Origin: Leucoraja erinacea
Lineage: Eukaryota
Length of the DNA: 64,000 nucleotides
Reading direction: 5' to 3'
Assembly (NCBI RefSeq): GCF_028641065.1
Contig: NC_073383.1
Coordinates: forward strand, 29,636,001 to 29,700,000
In this document: positions 10,279 to 22,935 of the stretch, piece after piece
How the letters are laid out: each line of letters begins with the position of its first letter
How positions within the stretch are numbered: position 1 is the stretch's first letter
Program-made: the position numbers and the translations under genes
The notes under the pieces: generated by a model
Seen by the model: the letters and a program-made list of their open reading frames with translations, nothing else
What the model was told of the DNA's origin: nothing
Database searches by the model: none

Positions 10279-11960
10279 ACTCCCATTAGTGTCTTCTTAC
10301 CTTTACAATCCCTCAATTCTATCCATGTAGCGACTCTACATCGTCAGTTCCTATGTCACCCCTCACAAGGGACTGAATTTCATCCCTCACCAACAGAGCT
10401 ATCCCACCTCCTCCGCCCACCTGCCTGTCCTTTTCTACAGGACGTAAAACCCTGAATATTCAGTTCCCAGTCCCGATCCTCCTGTAGTCATGTCTCTGTA
10501 ATCCCCACAATGTCATATCTGCCAATCTCTAACTGAGCCTGAAGATCATCCACTTCTTATACTCCACACATTCATATATAATATTTTAAATTGTTTACTC
10601 ACCTCACCTTTCACTTCGATTCCTATTTCACTTGCCCATGTTCTTCTATCCCTTCATGAGCTTTCTGTCCTGTTAATTCTGGTGTATTTCTTAACTTTTC
10701 CTATACTCTGCCTTTAACTCCATCCTTGTATTTCCAATTTATCTCCCCCCGCCACCCCACTATTTAGTTTAAACCCACCCGTGTAGCAGTAGCAAACCTG
10801 CCTGCCAGAATGCTAGTCCCCCGCCTATAACGGTGCAACCCGTCCCTATTGTACAACTCGCCCTTACCCCAAAACAGATCCCAGTGGTCTAAGAATCTAA
10901 ATCCCTGCCCCCTGCACCAGTTCCTCAGCCACACATTCGGATCCCCTATCTCCCTGTTCCTGCTCTCACCAGCATGAGATAACGGGAAGCTAACTGCAGA
11001 TAACCACCCTGGAGGTCCTGCTTTTCAGCCTTCTTCTGAGCTCTCCAATGTCACGCTGCAGAATCTCTTTCTTTTTCCCCAATGTCATTTGTGCGAACAT
11101 GCACTGCCACTTCCAGCTGCCCCACCTTCCCCCTTGAGGAGGCCCTGCAATCTGTCCGTGACGCCCTGGACCCTGGCACCAGGGAGGCAACACGCCATCC
11201 TTGAATCCCTCCTGTTACTGCAGAAACCACTGTCTCTACCTCTCACTATGGAGTCCCCTACTACCACGGCTCTGCCTGACGTCTGTCTCTTCGTCTTTGC
11301 CTCAGCGCCATGTTTTGACTCGCAGACCTGTCCACCGCTCAGATTGGCAGTGTCTTCTGTCCCGACAGCTTCCAAGAGGGTGTACCTGTTTTCAAGAGGT
11401 ACAACCTCCGGGGTCTCCTGTACTCCAAGCTTCCTTACCTTCCACATTGTCACCCACCTTCTCTCTTCCGATAATTTCTGTGTAATGATCTCGCTTTAGG
11501 TCCTGTCCAGGAAACTCATTTTCCCGGATGATGCTGAGGTCATCCAGTTACCTCTCCAGTTCCCTAACATGGTCCTTCAGGAGCTGAACCTGGACACACT
11601 TTCCACAGTTGTAGCAGCCAGAGGCACCAGCAGTGTCCCTGACCTCCCACATCCTGCAAGCATCACACTGCATCAGCTTGCCTGTCATTTCTTCACTGCA
11701 TCTCGCCCTCTCCAACTTTTAGAGTAGTCTCCTCGCCGCCGCCGCCGCCTCCTTGTCGAAGACTCTCGAGCCAAAGACTCGCACTTTTCTCACAAGGCAC
11801 TTCCCTCGACAAGGCCGCTCCCCAACAGGCTGCTCCCCTAGAGCAAACTTTGCTTATATTAACTGATAAATTGACTCAATCACTAATTAGCTAACAACAA
11901 TTTGTGATTTAATTTCTTGAGCCAATCCCCGCATTCACTCCTTCACCTGCTGCTCCTTTA
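10279..11960 (-). mobile_element. CR1 LINE 5' half (ORF1 Zn-finger/SGNH esterase plus start of ORF2 endonuclease), 3'-truncated
   Basis: ORF1 motifs PLENRYTLL, VVVGDSIVRG, CCLPGARVQGV; the 10279-10810 part is homologous to the CR1 at 13315-13830. Confidence 0.8.
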
Positions 11961-12456
11961 TCGACCTTGAAGGTATGTGTTGGACAATTGAAGCACACAA
12001 ATCTGCCTTGCAATGGACATCGCAAAGGCAGCGCTTCAAGAAACTATCCATGCCTGAATTGTATTCCATGCAGTATCAAAGCAGTTGGTGGCACACTGCA
12101 GAGTCAATTGGAACCAATCAGAGAGTTACGTTGCAATCTAGCCATCACTGAGGTGTGAAAACACAAGGAACTGCAGACCCTGGAATCTTGAGCAGAACAC
12201 AAAGTGCTGGAGGAATTCAGCAGATCAGGCTGCATCTGTGGAGAAAAATGTAAAGCTAGATGGAGAAATATGGGAGGGGAGAGAGGGTGGATATTAGGGA
12301 AGATTAGTGAATAAAAGAAGGGAAAGGAGCAGTGTCACTGGAGGTGTGGGAGCTGGTGGTAGAAATGGAAGCACGCTGGGATGGGGGAGAGTGGGCACGA
12401 GGAGGGGGTTAAGAGGGCATTACTTGAAATTGGAGAATCCAATATTCATACAGTTA

Positions 12457-12933
12457 AGGGGCTGTCCCATTTGGGCGATCTAATTGGCGAGTTTAGAGTT
12501 TGAAAAAATAACATGTTGAAGACCTCCTTCGACTATGTTGAAGTCTAGCTTCGACTAGCTATGACTAACTTTGGAGAAAATTGGACATCGAATAGTGGAG
12601 AGTGAAGATGATCTCCATTCGACTGTGATGAAGGCTATCTACGACTACCTTCGACTACCCTCGATTACCTACGACTAACACCGCCGACCTACTACGAGTA
12701 AAAAAAGTATCGATTTTTTTTTTTCCATGGCGACCTTTTTTTACTCACGGGCATTATTTAACATATTGAAAAGAACGCCGCGACCCAGCTGAGGCCTCGA
12801 GTACGCGGAGACCACTCTCGAGCATGAAGGAGAGTTACGAAGACCTACGACCTTGTGTCGACCATGCTGCGAGTATGAGTCGAGGGCAAACTCGCCAGAA
12901 CTCGCGGATTAGGTCGCCCGTGCGGCAGACCCT
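12457..12933. mobile_element. PIF/Harbinger-like MITE
   Basis: AGGGGCTGTCCCA left end, degenerate right TIR, TTA on both flanks; internal ACCT(T/A)CGACT micro-repeats; inverted homolog at 49175-50103. Confidence 0.7.
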
Positions 12934-13299
12934 TTAGGTATGATTGAAAAATGGAAACTGCTTTTCAGTTACCCAATCTGCAATGTAAGCATCCTATTTG
13001 TTCAACTACAGTACAATGACTAATCCTTTCCCGATATAATGCTTTACACAACATTATTACGTTTCCAATATAACTGTGCTTGTCTCCAATGTGGGAGCAG
13101 AGCCATCAAACTGACCATTCAATTTAATAATCCTTGTTGCTAAATTTAATGTACATCTTAAGTGGCTTTATTTAACATTCAAGTCGACTTATCTGCAAAT
13201 GTTATACGAGTACTTCAATGCAGTCAGAACCGCAGAAAGAATTTTAAAAGGGGAAAATCCTTCAGTGTTGATGTTTGTGTAGAAATGTCCTAGCTGATG

Positions 13300-16200
13300 T
13301 GTAGTATATGTGTAGGCTTGCTAGGGCTACATGTGTGGGTTTAAACTAAATAGTTGGGGGGAGGGATTGACAAATTGGGAGTATAAAGATGGAGTTAAAG
13401 GGGAAGCGAGTACAGAAAAAGTTACAATAGACTCCCGTATTAATGGGAAGGAAAGTTTGAGAAGGGATAAGAGAGTAAGGTCAGGGCCAATTTTGAGAGG
13501 GGAGGTGAATACCAAAGTCAAAATGTTGTATATGAATGAGCGAAGTATAAGAAATAAAGAGGACGAGCTTGAGGCTCAGTTAGAAATTGGCAAGTATGAT
13601 GTTGTGGGAATTACAGAGATATGGCTGCAAGAGGGCCAGGGCTGGGAACTGAATAATCAAGGGTGTACCTCCTATCGAAAAGACAGACAGGTGGGCAGAG
13701 GGGGTGGGGTAGCTCTGTTGGTGAGGAATTAAATTTAGTCCCTTGCAAAGGGTGACATTGAAACTGGAGATGTGGAATCAGTATGGATAGAACTAAGGAA
13801 TTGTAGGGGTAAAAACACCCTAATGGGACATCTACAGGCCCCCAAACAGTAGACTGGATATGGGGTACAAGTTGAATCAAGAGTTAAAATTGGCATGTTG
13901 TAAAGGTAATGTTACAGTTGTTATGGGAGATTTCAACATGCAGGTAGACTGGGAAAATCAGGTTGGTACTGGACCCCAAGAAAGGGAGTTTTGCGAGGGC
14001 CTCCGTGATGGATTCTTAGTGCAGCTTGTATTGGAGCTTACCAAGGAGAAGGCAATTCTGGATTTAATGTTGTGATTTGATAAAGGGAACTTTGAGGTTA
14101 AGGAGCCATTAGGAGGTAGTGACCATAATATGGTAAGTTTTAATCTACAATTTGAGAGGGAGAAGGGTAAATCGGAGTTGTCAGTGTTACAGCTGATCAA
14201 AGGGGACTATGGAGCCATGAGGAGCTGACCAACGTTGACTGGAAAGTTACCCCAGCAGGGTGACGGTGGAACAACAATGGCAGGTATTTCTGGGAATAAT
14301 ACAGAAGGTGCAGGATCAGTTCATTCCAAAGTGGAAGAAAGATTCCAAGGGGAGTAAGGGACGACCATGGCTGACAAGGGACGTCTGGGACAGTATAAAA
14401 ATAAAAGAGAAGTAGTACAACGTAGCAAAGATGAGCGGGAAGCAAGAGGATTAGGTAATGTTTAAAGAGCAACAGAAGATAACTAAAAAGTCAATAAGGG
14501 GAGAAAAGATGAGGTACGAAGGTAAGCTAGCCAAGAATATAAAGGAGGATAGTAAAAGCTTCTTTAGGTATGTGAAGAGGAAAAAAATAGTTAAGACCAA
14601 AGTTGGACCCTTGAAGACTGAAAAAGATGAATTTATTATGAGGGATAACGAAATGGCAGATGAACAGGTACTTTGGATCTGTCTTCACTAAGGAGGACAT
14701 AAACAATCTTCCCGATGTACTAGTGGCAGAGGATCTGGGGTGACGGAGGAACTGAAGGAAATCCACATTAGGCAGGAAATGGATGGGACTGAAGGCTGAT
14801 AAATCCCCAGGGCCTGATGGTCTGTATCCCAGGGTACTTAAGGAAGTGGCTCTAGAAATCGTGGACGCATTGGTGATCATTTTCCAATTTTCTATAGATT
14901 CAGGATCAGTTCCTGTGGATTGGAGGGTAGCTAATGTTATCCCACTTTTTAAGAAAGACGGGAGAGAGAAAACAGGGAATTATAGACCAGTTAGCCCAAC
15001 ATCGGTGGTGGGGAAGATGCTGGAGTCAATCATAAAAGATGAAATAGCAGCACATTTCGATATCAGTAACAGGATCGGTCCGAGTCAGCATGGATTTACG
15101 AAGGGGAAATCATGCTGACTCGGACCTTCTGGAATTTTTTTGAGGATGTAACTAGGAAAATGGACAAGGAAGAGCCAGTGGATGTAGTGTACCTGGACTT
15201 TCAGAAAGCATTTGATAAGGTCCCACATAGTAGATTAGTGGACAAAATTAGGGCTCATGGTATTGGGGGTAGAGTGCTGACATGGATAGAAAATTGGTTG
15301 ACAGACAGGAAACAAAGAGTAGGGATTAGCGAGTCCCTTTTAGCATGGCAGGTAGTGACTAGTGGGGTACCGCAAGGCTCGGTGCTGGGACCGCAGCTAT
15401 TTACAATATACATCAAGGATTTAGATGAAGGGATTCAAAGTAACATTAGCAAATTTGCAGATGACACAAAGCTGGGTGGCAGTGTGAACTGTGAGGAGGA
15501 TGCTATGAGAATGCAGGGTGACTTGAACAAGTTGGGTGAGTGGGCAGATGCATGGTAGATGCAATTTAATGTGGTTAAATGTGAGGTTATCCACTTTGGT
15601 AGCAAAAACAGGAAGGCAGATTATCTGAATGGTGTTAAGTTGGGGAAAAGGGGATGTACAAATGGATCTGGGCGGTCCTTGTTCATTAGTCAATGAAAGT
15701 AAGCATGCAGTGAAGAAAGTGAATGGCATGTTGGCCTTCATAAGAAGAGGAGTTGAGTATAGGAGCAAAGAGGTCCTTATGCAGTTGTATAGGGTCCAAG
15801 TGAGACCACACCTGGAGTATCGTGTGCAGTTTTGGTCCCTCTTTAGGAAAGGCATTCTTGCTATTGAGGGAATGCAGCGTAGGTTTACAAGGTTAATTCC
15901 CGGGATGGTGGGACTGTCATATGCTGAGGGAATGGAGCAACTGGGCTTGTGTACTCTGGAAATTCGAAGGATGAGAGGGAATCTTATTGAAACATATAAG
16001 ATTATTAAGGGTTTGAACACGCTAGAGGCAAGAAACATGTTCCCGATGTTGGGGGAGTCCAGAACCACGGGCCACAGTTTAAGAATAAGGGGTAAGCCAT
16101 TTAGAATGGAGACGAGGAAACACATTTTCACACACTTCACAGAGTTGTGAGTCTGTGGAATTCTCTGCCTCGCGGTGGAGGCCGGTTCTCTGGATACTTT

Positions 16201-16360
16201 CAAGAGAGAACTAGATAGGGCTTTTCAAAATAGCGGAGTCGGGGGGATATGGGGAGAAGGCAGGAACGGGGTACTGATTGGGGATGATCTGCCATGATCA
16301 CATTGAATGGTGGTGCTGGCTTGAAGGGCCAAATGGCCTACTCCTGCACCTATTGTCTAT
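13300..16360 (+). mobile_element. CR1/HER1-like LINE with near full-length disrupted ORF2 (endonuclease plus RT)
   Basis: LYMNERSIRNK, GITEIW, GDFN, GSDH, NYRPVS, YLDFQKAFDKVPH, SGVPQGSVLGP, FADDTK; several stops and frameshifts; CTCCTGCACCTATTGTCTA tail. Confidence 0.95.
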
Positions 16361-17670
16361 TTCTGGAATTCTTTACCCTAGAATGTGTGGCTATTCAGTA
16401 GATTTATTTAAGAGGATTTTCTTGAGAATAAAGTCAATAGAACTCGTAGCTCAAAATGACGGTGGAAACTTATCAATTTGCAAATATATCGAGTGAGCTA
16501 TCGATGGAGCTGTAACTGCAAGATTTTGCTTCAAGACCTAGAAGGTGGGATTGGGCTAGATTACATTTTTTAGGGTGGCATGCTGTTTGGTGGCTAATAG
16601 TCACCTTCTATGCCACCTACGATTTATGGGGATGGGAAAGAGAAGTTGAGCTGGATAAACCTTGATCATATTGGATGGTGGAGCAGGACACATTCACACA
16701 GCTCTTTCCTGCTCCAATCTAATTGCTCCACACTTTGTTGCTGATCACCAAAACTGGCTGGTAAAATCTTGCTATTTGTTCTGAAGTTCAGAAACACTAA
16801 TTTTAACTTGCTGAACTTTTAACATTTAGAAAGTAATTAGATTTCAAAATACTTAGACCAATAAATTAACTAATATATTAATCCCTCACACTTGATGTTC
16901 TCCACTGGGGAATAAAGGGAGTTCTGGGTTTATGTGCCCAGATTATGGACTGGCAGCTGAAAAGTGTGTGGGAATGAGATAAAGAGTCCATGAAAAGAGA
17001 AGGGTGAAGATGTGGTCCCGTGTGGCGTCTTCTCTGCTCTTTTTGTCCTCTGCCATCCAGTTCACAGCAGCACATTCAGAATCCTCCACAAGCCTCTTTG
17101 CCAACCTCAGAATGTCGCTGTCGGTGCTTCCCCCGGGCCCTCCTCTGTGCTCTGACAGAACGTCCTTTAAACACAGAAAACAAGAGGATGGAGGGGTGGT
17201 TCATGTGGTTGGAGAAGAGAGAGGCAATGGAAACTTGGGTGGGGGAGATGAAGTAAGAAGAGGGATGCAGACTGTGGATATCAAAGGGCCAAAAGAAATA
17301 TTAAGTGCAGGGAACAAAGGGAAAAGTAATGTGGTGCGAAAGGGTGGGAATTGTCTTTTATTTCTTTACTATGTAGAAGGAAGTCATTTGAATCCACTTA
17401 GTCTATGACAGCGCAGAGAGTAATCCCATTTTCTCTAAGCTATTGCCCTCTCATTCCCATCAATCTGCTCCATCCTAGATGGAAGGATGGGATCTAAGGG
17501 AGGATGGGAGGTTAGGGAGCAAGGGAATAATTGGAGGAGGTTTATGGGGAGGTTGGGGAAAGAGTGACAGTTGATTGGGGCATCTGTGCCAGAGCCCATC
17601 CGTTTGAGCGTTTCTTGCTGATCGACATCTTGTATGTCCGTATGTGCTCCTGTAGTGTCTGATCGCTCAT

Positions 17671-18286
17671 AAGGTCATGTGATTAGGCCGTTCGGCCCAT
17701 CAAATCTACTCCGCCATTCAATCATGGCTGATTGATCTCTCTTTCTTAACCCCATAACTTCTCCCCATAACCTGTGACACCTGTGCTAATCAAGAATCTA
17801 TCTATCTCTGCCGTAGAAATATCCACTAACGGCCTCCACAGCCTTCTGTGGCAAAGAATTCCTCAGATTCACCACCCTCTGACGAAAGAAACTTCTCCTC
17901 ATTTCCTTCCTAAGAGGACGTCTTTTAATTCTGAGGCTATGACCTCTAGTGTTAGACTCTCCCGCTTGTGGAAACATTCTCTGCTCATCCACTCTATCCA
18001 AGCCTTTCACTGTTTTGTACGTTTCAATGAGCTCCCCCCCTCGTTCTTCTGAACTCCAGCGAGTACAGGCCCAGTGCCGACAAAACGTTCATCATAAGTT
18101 AACCTACTCATTGCTGGGATCAGTCTTGTAAACCTTCTCTGGGCCCTCTTGAAATAAATGCTAGCATTGTTAGCTTTCTTTACTACCGATTCAATTTGCA
18201 GATTAACTTTTTCGGAATCTTGCACCAGCACTCCCAAGTCCCTTTGTACCTCTGATTTCTGGATTCTCTCCCCATTTAGAAACACT
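17671..18286 (-). mobile_element. 5'-truncated CR1 LINE
   Basis: QRRFTRLIP, TRGHSLRIK, RVVNLRNSLP; 5-bp direct repeat CTCAT at 17666-17670 and 18287-18291. Confidence 0.85.
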
Positions 18287-19451
18287 CTCATGTTTTAGAT
18301 CTTATTCCCACAAACTAAGTTTTGCTCTATTAAGTCAGTGGGATGGATAAAGTGGCCATTCCACATCCAAAAATGTAACGAGCAGACGTTTGCACTGCTG
18401 AATATGAATTTTGAGACCTGGGGCATCATGAATATTCCTCATGGGGATTGACTTGAATTTCACTCTATAATCATAATACTAGACCACAAATACTTGGGCG
18501 TTCACATCCATGCCTTGGTCAGAGCAATGAGTGTACTTTGCAGAGGACAACTGGAAAAGGAGTGCTGTCATCAGTTGTTGATCTATTGCTGTCAAGAACA
18601 GGCTGGTCTGACATTTCACCAACTCTCTTTGAGATGTGTGAATGTCTCGTGACCCTCCAGCTTGCAGAACCAACATACTCCTGTCATCAGTGCCTGCGAC
18701 TAAATCCCAAAAATACAGGCGTGATCACGGAGGACTTGTACACCTACCTTGCAAACCGCTATTGCTGCCATCAGCCTAGCCTCAAAACCGCAACTGAAAG
18801 GGATAAGTTGATGCAAACAAATACATTGAAGGTCTTCTTTCTTACAGCATCACTGATAATATAATAGCCCTCGACCAACTGGAGCATCAGAGCATTCATT
18901 ATTGCTGGAGAGCCATCATACTTGCCATCTGTGACAAGATTCTTGGTATCTACAAGAAGAAAGTAGCATGTCTGGATTGGTGAGAATGAACAAAGATATC
19001 CCATTCATAATTAATTACTACTAACAGCAGAAGTCCTTCACAGGCAATAATTCCCCCCATTGAAATGAATGGTAAAGTAGTTCCTGTGCCAATCTAATCT
19101 TGTGCGGTATATTGATTAATTAAAAGATACAGCATACAAACGGGCCCTTCAGCCCACTGAGTCCACACCGACCATCGAGCACCGTTCACACTAGTTCTAT
19201 GTTATCCCACCATCTCATCCATTCCCTACGTACTTCTTCATAGGACACCAGAAGTGGAATGCATTTGGAGGAATAGCATTGAACCACGGGTGTAACTTTG
19301 GGTAGATACAAAATGCTGGAGTAAAAAGCAACTTTGGGTCTTCTGCATTGTTGTGGAATTCCTGAAGTTGGTCTAGCAGGGAAATGTCCCTAATTATACA
19401 GATATTTGCTGTAAAGTTGAGATTGTGCTTCGAAAAGAAAATTTCAAGATA

Positions 19452-20688
19452 CAGGTGCACAACCTTTTATCCGAAAGCCTTGGGACCAGACACTTGTCGG
19501 ATTTCGGACATTTTCGGATTTCAGAATGGAAGATTTTTAGCGTAGATTAGGTAGGTAGCGCGGGCGGCTTGAAAAGTCTGGAGCAGCTGCCTCCTCCCTG
19601 GAGACCGGGAGAATCATTGCATAAATGTTAGTCAGTTAGTTTGGAGGGATTTTATGTGGTGGTGGTGGTGTAGGGGTGAAGGGGGAAACTTTAATTCTTA
19701 GTCCCCTACCTACCTGGTCGGCGACTCCCAACCTCGCGGAACTGGGGGCTCCGTCCGGCCGCGGGCGGCGCCGGTTGTAGCTCCGACCCCGGCAACTCTA
19801 CCCCTGGCTGCGAGGCGCTCCAAATCCAGCGCAGCCCGCGGCCGGACGTCCCAGCTCCGAGAATGTCGGGAGTCGGCGGCGTCGCAGCGCTGGGATACCA
19901 GCGGGAAGCGAGCAATGCCTTACCGGGTCGCCGTGCGGCAAGCTCCGGAGCGCTGTGGCCGCCTTCTTCCAACATTCGCGGAGCGTCGCTGGATTTGGAG
20001 CCGCGGAGCTGGGGGCTCCGTCCGGCCGCGGGCGGCGCCGGTTGGAGCTCCGACCCCGGCAACTCTACCCCTGGCTGCGCGGCTCCAAATCCAGCGACGC
20101 TCCGCGATGTTGTGTGTCGGCGGCCACAGCGCTCCGGAGCTTGCCGCACGGCGACCCGGTAAGGCATTGCCCGCACCCCGCTGGTATCCCAGCGCTGCGA
20201 CGCCGCCGACTCCCGACATTCGCGGAGCTGGGGCGTCCGGCCGCGGGCCGCGCTGGATTTGGAGCGCCTCGCAGCCAGGGGTAGAGTTGCCGGGGTCGGA
20301 GCTACAACCGGCGCCGCCCGCGGCCCCACCGGCCACAGCGCTGCGGAGCTTACTGCACAGCGACCCGGTAAGGCATTGACCGCTCCCCGCCTCTCCGACC
20401 AGGTAGGGGACTAAGAATTAAAGTTTACCCCTTCACCCCCCTTCACATAAAAGCCCTCCAAACTAACTGACTAACATTTAAGCAATGATTTACAGATGTT
20501 TAAGCGTCTCCCGGTCTCCAGGGAGGAGGCAGCCGCTACAGTAGTACAGACCTGGGTTGACCGTGGGTCGTTTTGGGTCAGGTTTGGCGCCAAACGCGAG
20601 CTTTGGTGCGCAGACGACATATGGAAAAAATGGCCGGTTTTCGGAGCTTTTCGGTTTCTGGAACACCGGATAAAAGGTTGTGCACCTG
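19452..20688. mobile_element. Tigger/pogo-like MITE with a CpG-rich palindromic core
   Basis: TA|CAGGTGCACAACCTTTTATCCG ... CGGATAAAAGGTTGTGCACCTG|TA (perfect 22-bp TIR, TA TSD); long internal inverted arms. Confidence 0.9.
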
Positions 20689-22119
20689 TATACAGTTACT
20701 GCTTTTTATTCAGAAACATTCCATTTCTCTGTTTTACACAAGTATGCCTTTGAAAATTAAGATTAATTTACATTTATTTTTTAATATGCATCTATGTATC
20801 ACTAATTTACTGCTTTACTGGATACGATCATCAACACTTCCTTCAGCAGGTTCATCCCTGTTACTAGCTGAAAGTAAACAAAAGTGAATAAAATCCAAAA
20901 TTAACTGCCATACTAGTAGCCTTATGTGGCAGCAGAATTGTATAAGGGTTAATGTAAAATTTTTTACTCAAATAGTAATGGGATGAAGAATGATTAATTA
21001 GTGGAGATGTTGTCTGTGACAGTGCAATTTAACAGCTCATACATCATAAAATTACATTTATTTACGCATTTTAAAAAGTAATTGTATTTGATGCAAACAA
21101 TTAGAAGTGACGGTGAAAGCTTGACTTCGGGGTCATACAGTATGGAAAAGGGGCCAACTTGCCCATGCCGACCAAGATGTAGATGTACACTAGTCCCACA
21201 TGCGCATGTTTGGCCCATATCCCTCTAACCTTTCCTATCCATTTGCTTCCATCCATCCAAATGTCTTTTAAAGTTTGTTATTGTACCTGCCTCAACTACC
21301 TCCACTGGTAGCTCGTTCCATGTGGAAAAAGTTGATCTCAAGTTCCTATTTAAATGTTTCCCCTCACCATTAAATATCTCAGGAAAATTATCTAATGCAT
21401 GGCAATGCATCTAAATATACATTTTCCTTTTGCTAATCTGGTTAGATCTCTAAGTTTTGTTTTGAAAACAATTTCTTTGACAAAACCATAAGCTGATAGT
21501 TTTACGTTTTTGTGTTCTAAATAACAACAAAATATACAGATTGCAAGGAAATATTAAAACTACATTTTATGATAATAGCTGTTAAACCCGACTATACCCA
21601 TCTGACAGGTTAACATTGCACTAACTGACAAGAGATGGTCAAAGGACATAACTGCAGCAAATGTTCTTTTGGTAATATGTTTAAAGGTGTCAAAACGCCA
21701 CATTACCGGACATTCAGATTAGATGTATGTGTTATGAACAGCAATGAAGATACCCAGTTTGTACGAACCAGATTAAAAAAAGTTATTGATAAACGCTGTT
21801 TCCATCATTCCCACTTCAGAATTAATGTTAAAAGTTTAACTGAAATATCTCCTGACCAAATTTGTGATGTATATGACCGACTGTAAAAGTAAAATCTGGA
21901 TAAATCCAACGTATAGTTGTGAATGTTTTCATTAAATAACTACTGTACTGATACTCCATATTAAGAGCATTGATTTGCCGATACAATGAATTCTGTAATA
22001 ATGTGTCAACGGTAGCAGTGACAATCGAATACTGCGGTTTTAATCTTTCACGTGTTCACAATTTTATTAATCCATCTTTATGGATTAAAAACAAATAATA
22101 ACATTGGGAATTAAAACAC

Positions 22120-22886
22120 ATTTGGGGGGGGGGGGGGTTGAGAAGGCAATCGGTGCGGAATGGATGGATTGAGGCTGGGGAATTAGTGCGTGTTGGTTGG
22201 AGTAGATCAAATTGTGAGGGGAGAGCGCGGGGGATGTCATTGGGATTGAATGGGGGGGGGGGGAACTGGCAGGATGGATGGGGGGGGGGGGATCTGTGCA
22301 GGATGGATGGGGGGGGAATGTGCTGGATGGATGGGGGAGGAATTAGTGTAGGGTGGATGGGGGGGGGGGGATCAGAACGGGATGAATGGGGTAGACAAAA
22401 ATGCTGGAGAAACTCAGCGGGTGAGGCAACATCTATGGAGCGAAGGAAATAGACAACGTTTCGGGCCGAGACCCTTCTTCAGACTGATCCCCCCATTCTT
22501 CTTGAATGGGGGGGATCAGTACAGGATGAATGGGGGAGGTCAGTACAGTGTGGATCGGAGGGTCTGTGCAGGATGAATGGGTGAGTCACTACAGGATGGA
22601 TAGGGGAATCGGTGCAAGATAAATGGAGGGGGGGTCAGTACGGGATGAATGGGGGGATCAGTTCAGGATGGGTGGGAGCAGTGCAGGATGGATGGGGGTG
22701 GCAGGAGAATCAATGTGAGGTGGATAGGGAGATCAGTGCAGGATGAATAAAGGGGGGAGGGAAGGCACAGGGGATGTCAGTGAGGACTGGATAGAGGTAG
22801 GAATGGGGATCAGTGTGGGATTGAGAGGAGGGGTCCCAGGATAAGGGGGGAGGGGGACAGAGAGAGAGAGAGGCAGACAGACAGAC

Positions 22887-22935
<49 letters not shown>

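Noticed and set aside
12520-12700. Short CGACT repeats resembling an array
   Set aside because: Irregular micro-repeats internal to a Harbinger-like MITE that is also present at 49175-50103
10279-16360. Divergent CR1 pair as one element with a 5' inversion (twin priming)
   Set aside because: The two pieces overlap in homology by ~500 bp, are clearly diverged there, and are separated by ~1.3 kb of unrelated sequence
17004-17408. Plus-strand ORF with a signal-peptide-like start (MWSRVASSLLFLSSAIQ)
   Set aside because: No recognisable domain and a low-complexity purine-rich tail; more likely the shadow of the minus-strand open frame, retained only within the island finding
19706-20379. Several overlapping 100-200-aa ORFs
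   Set aside because: Expected by-product of a GC-rich palindromic MITE core; no domain motifs
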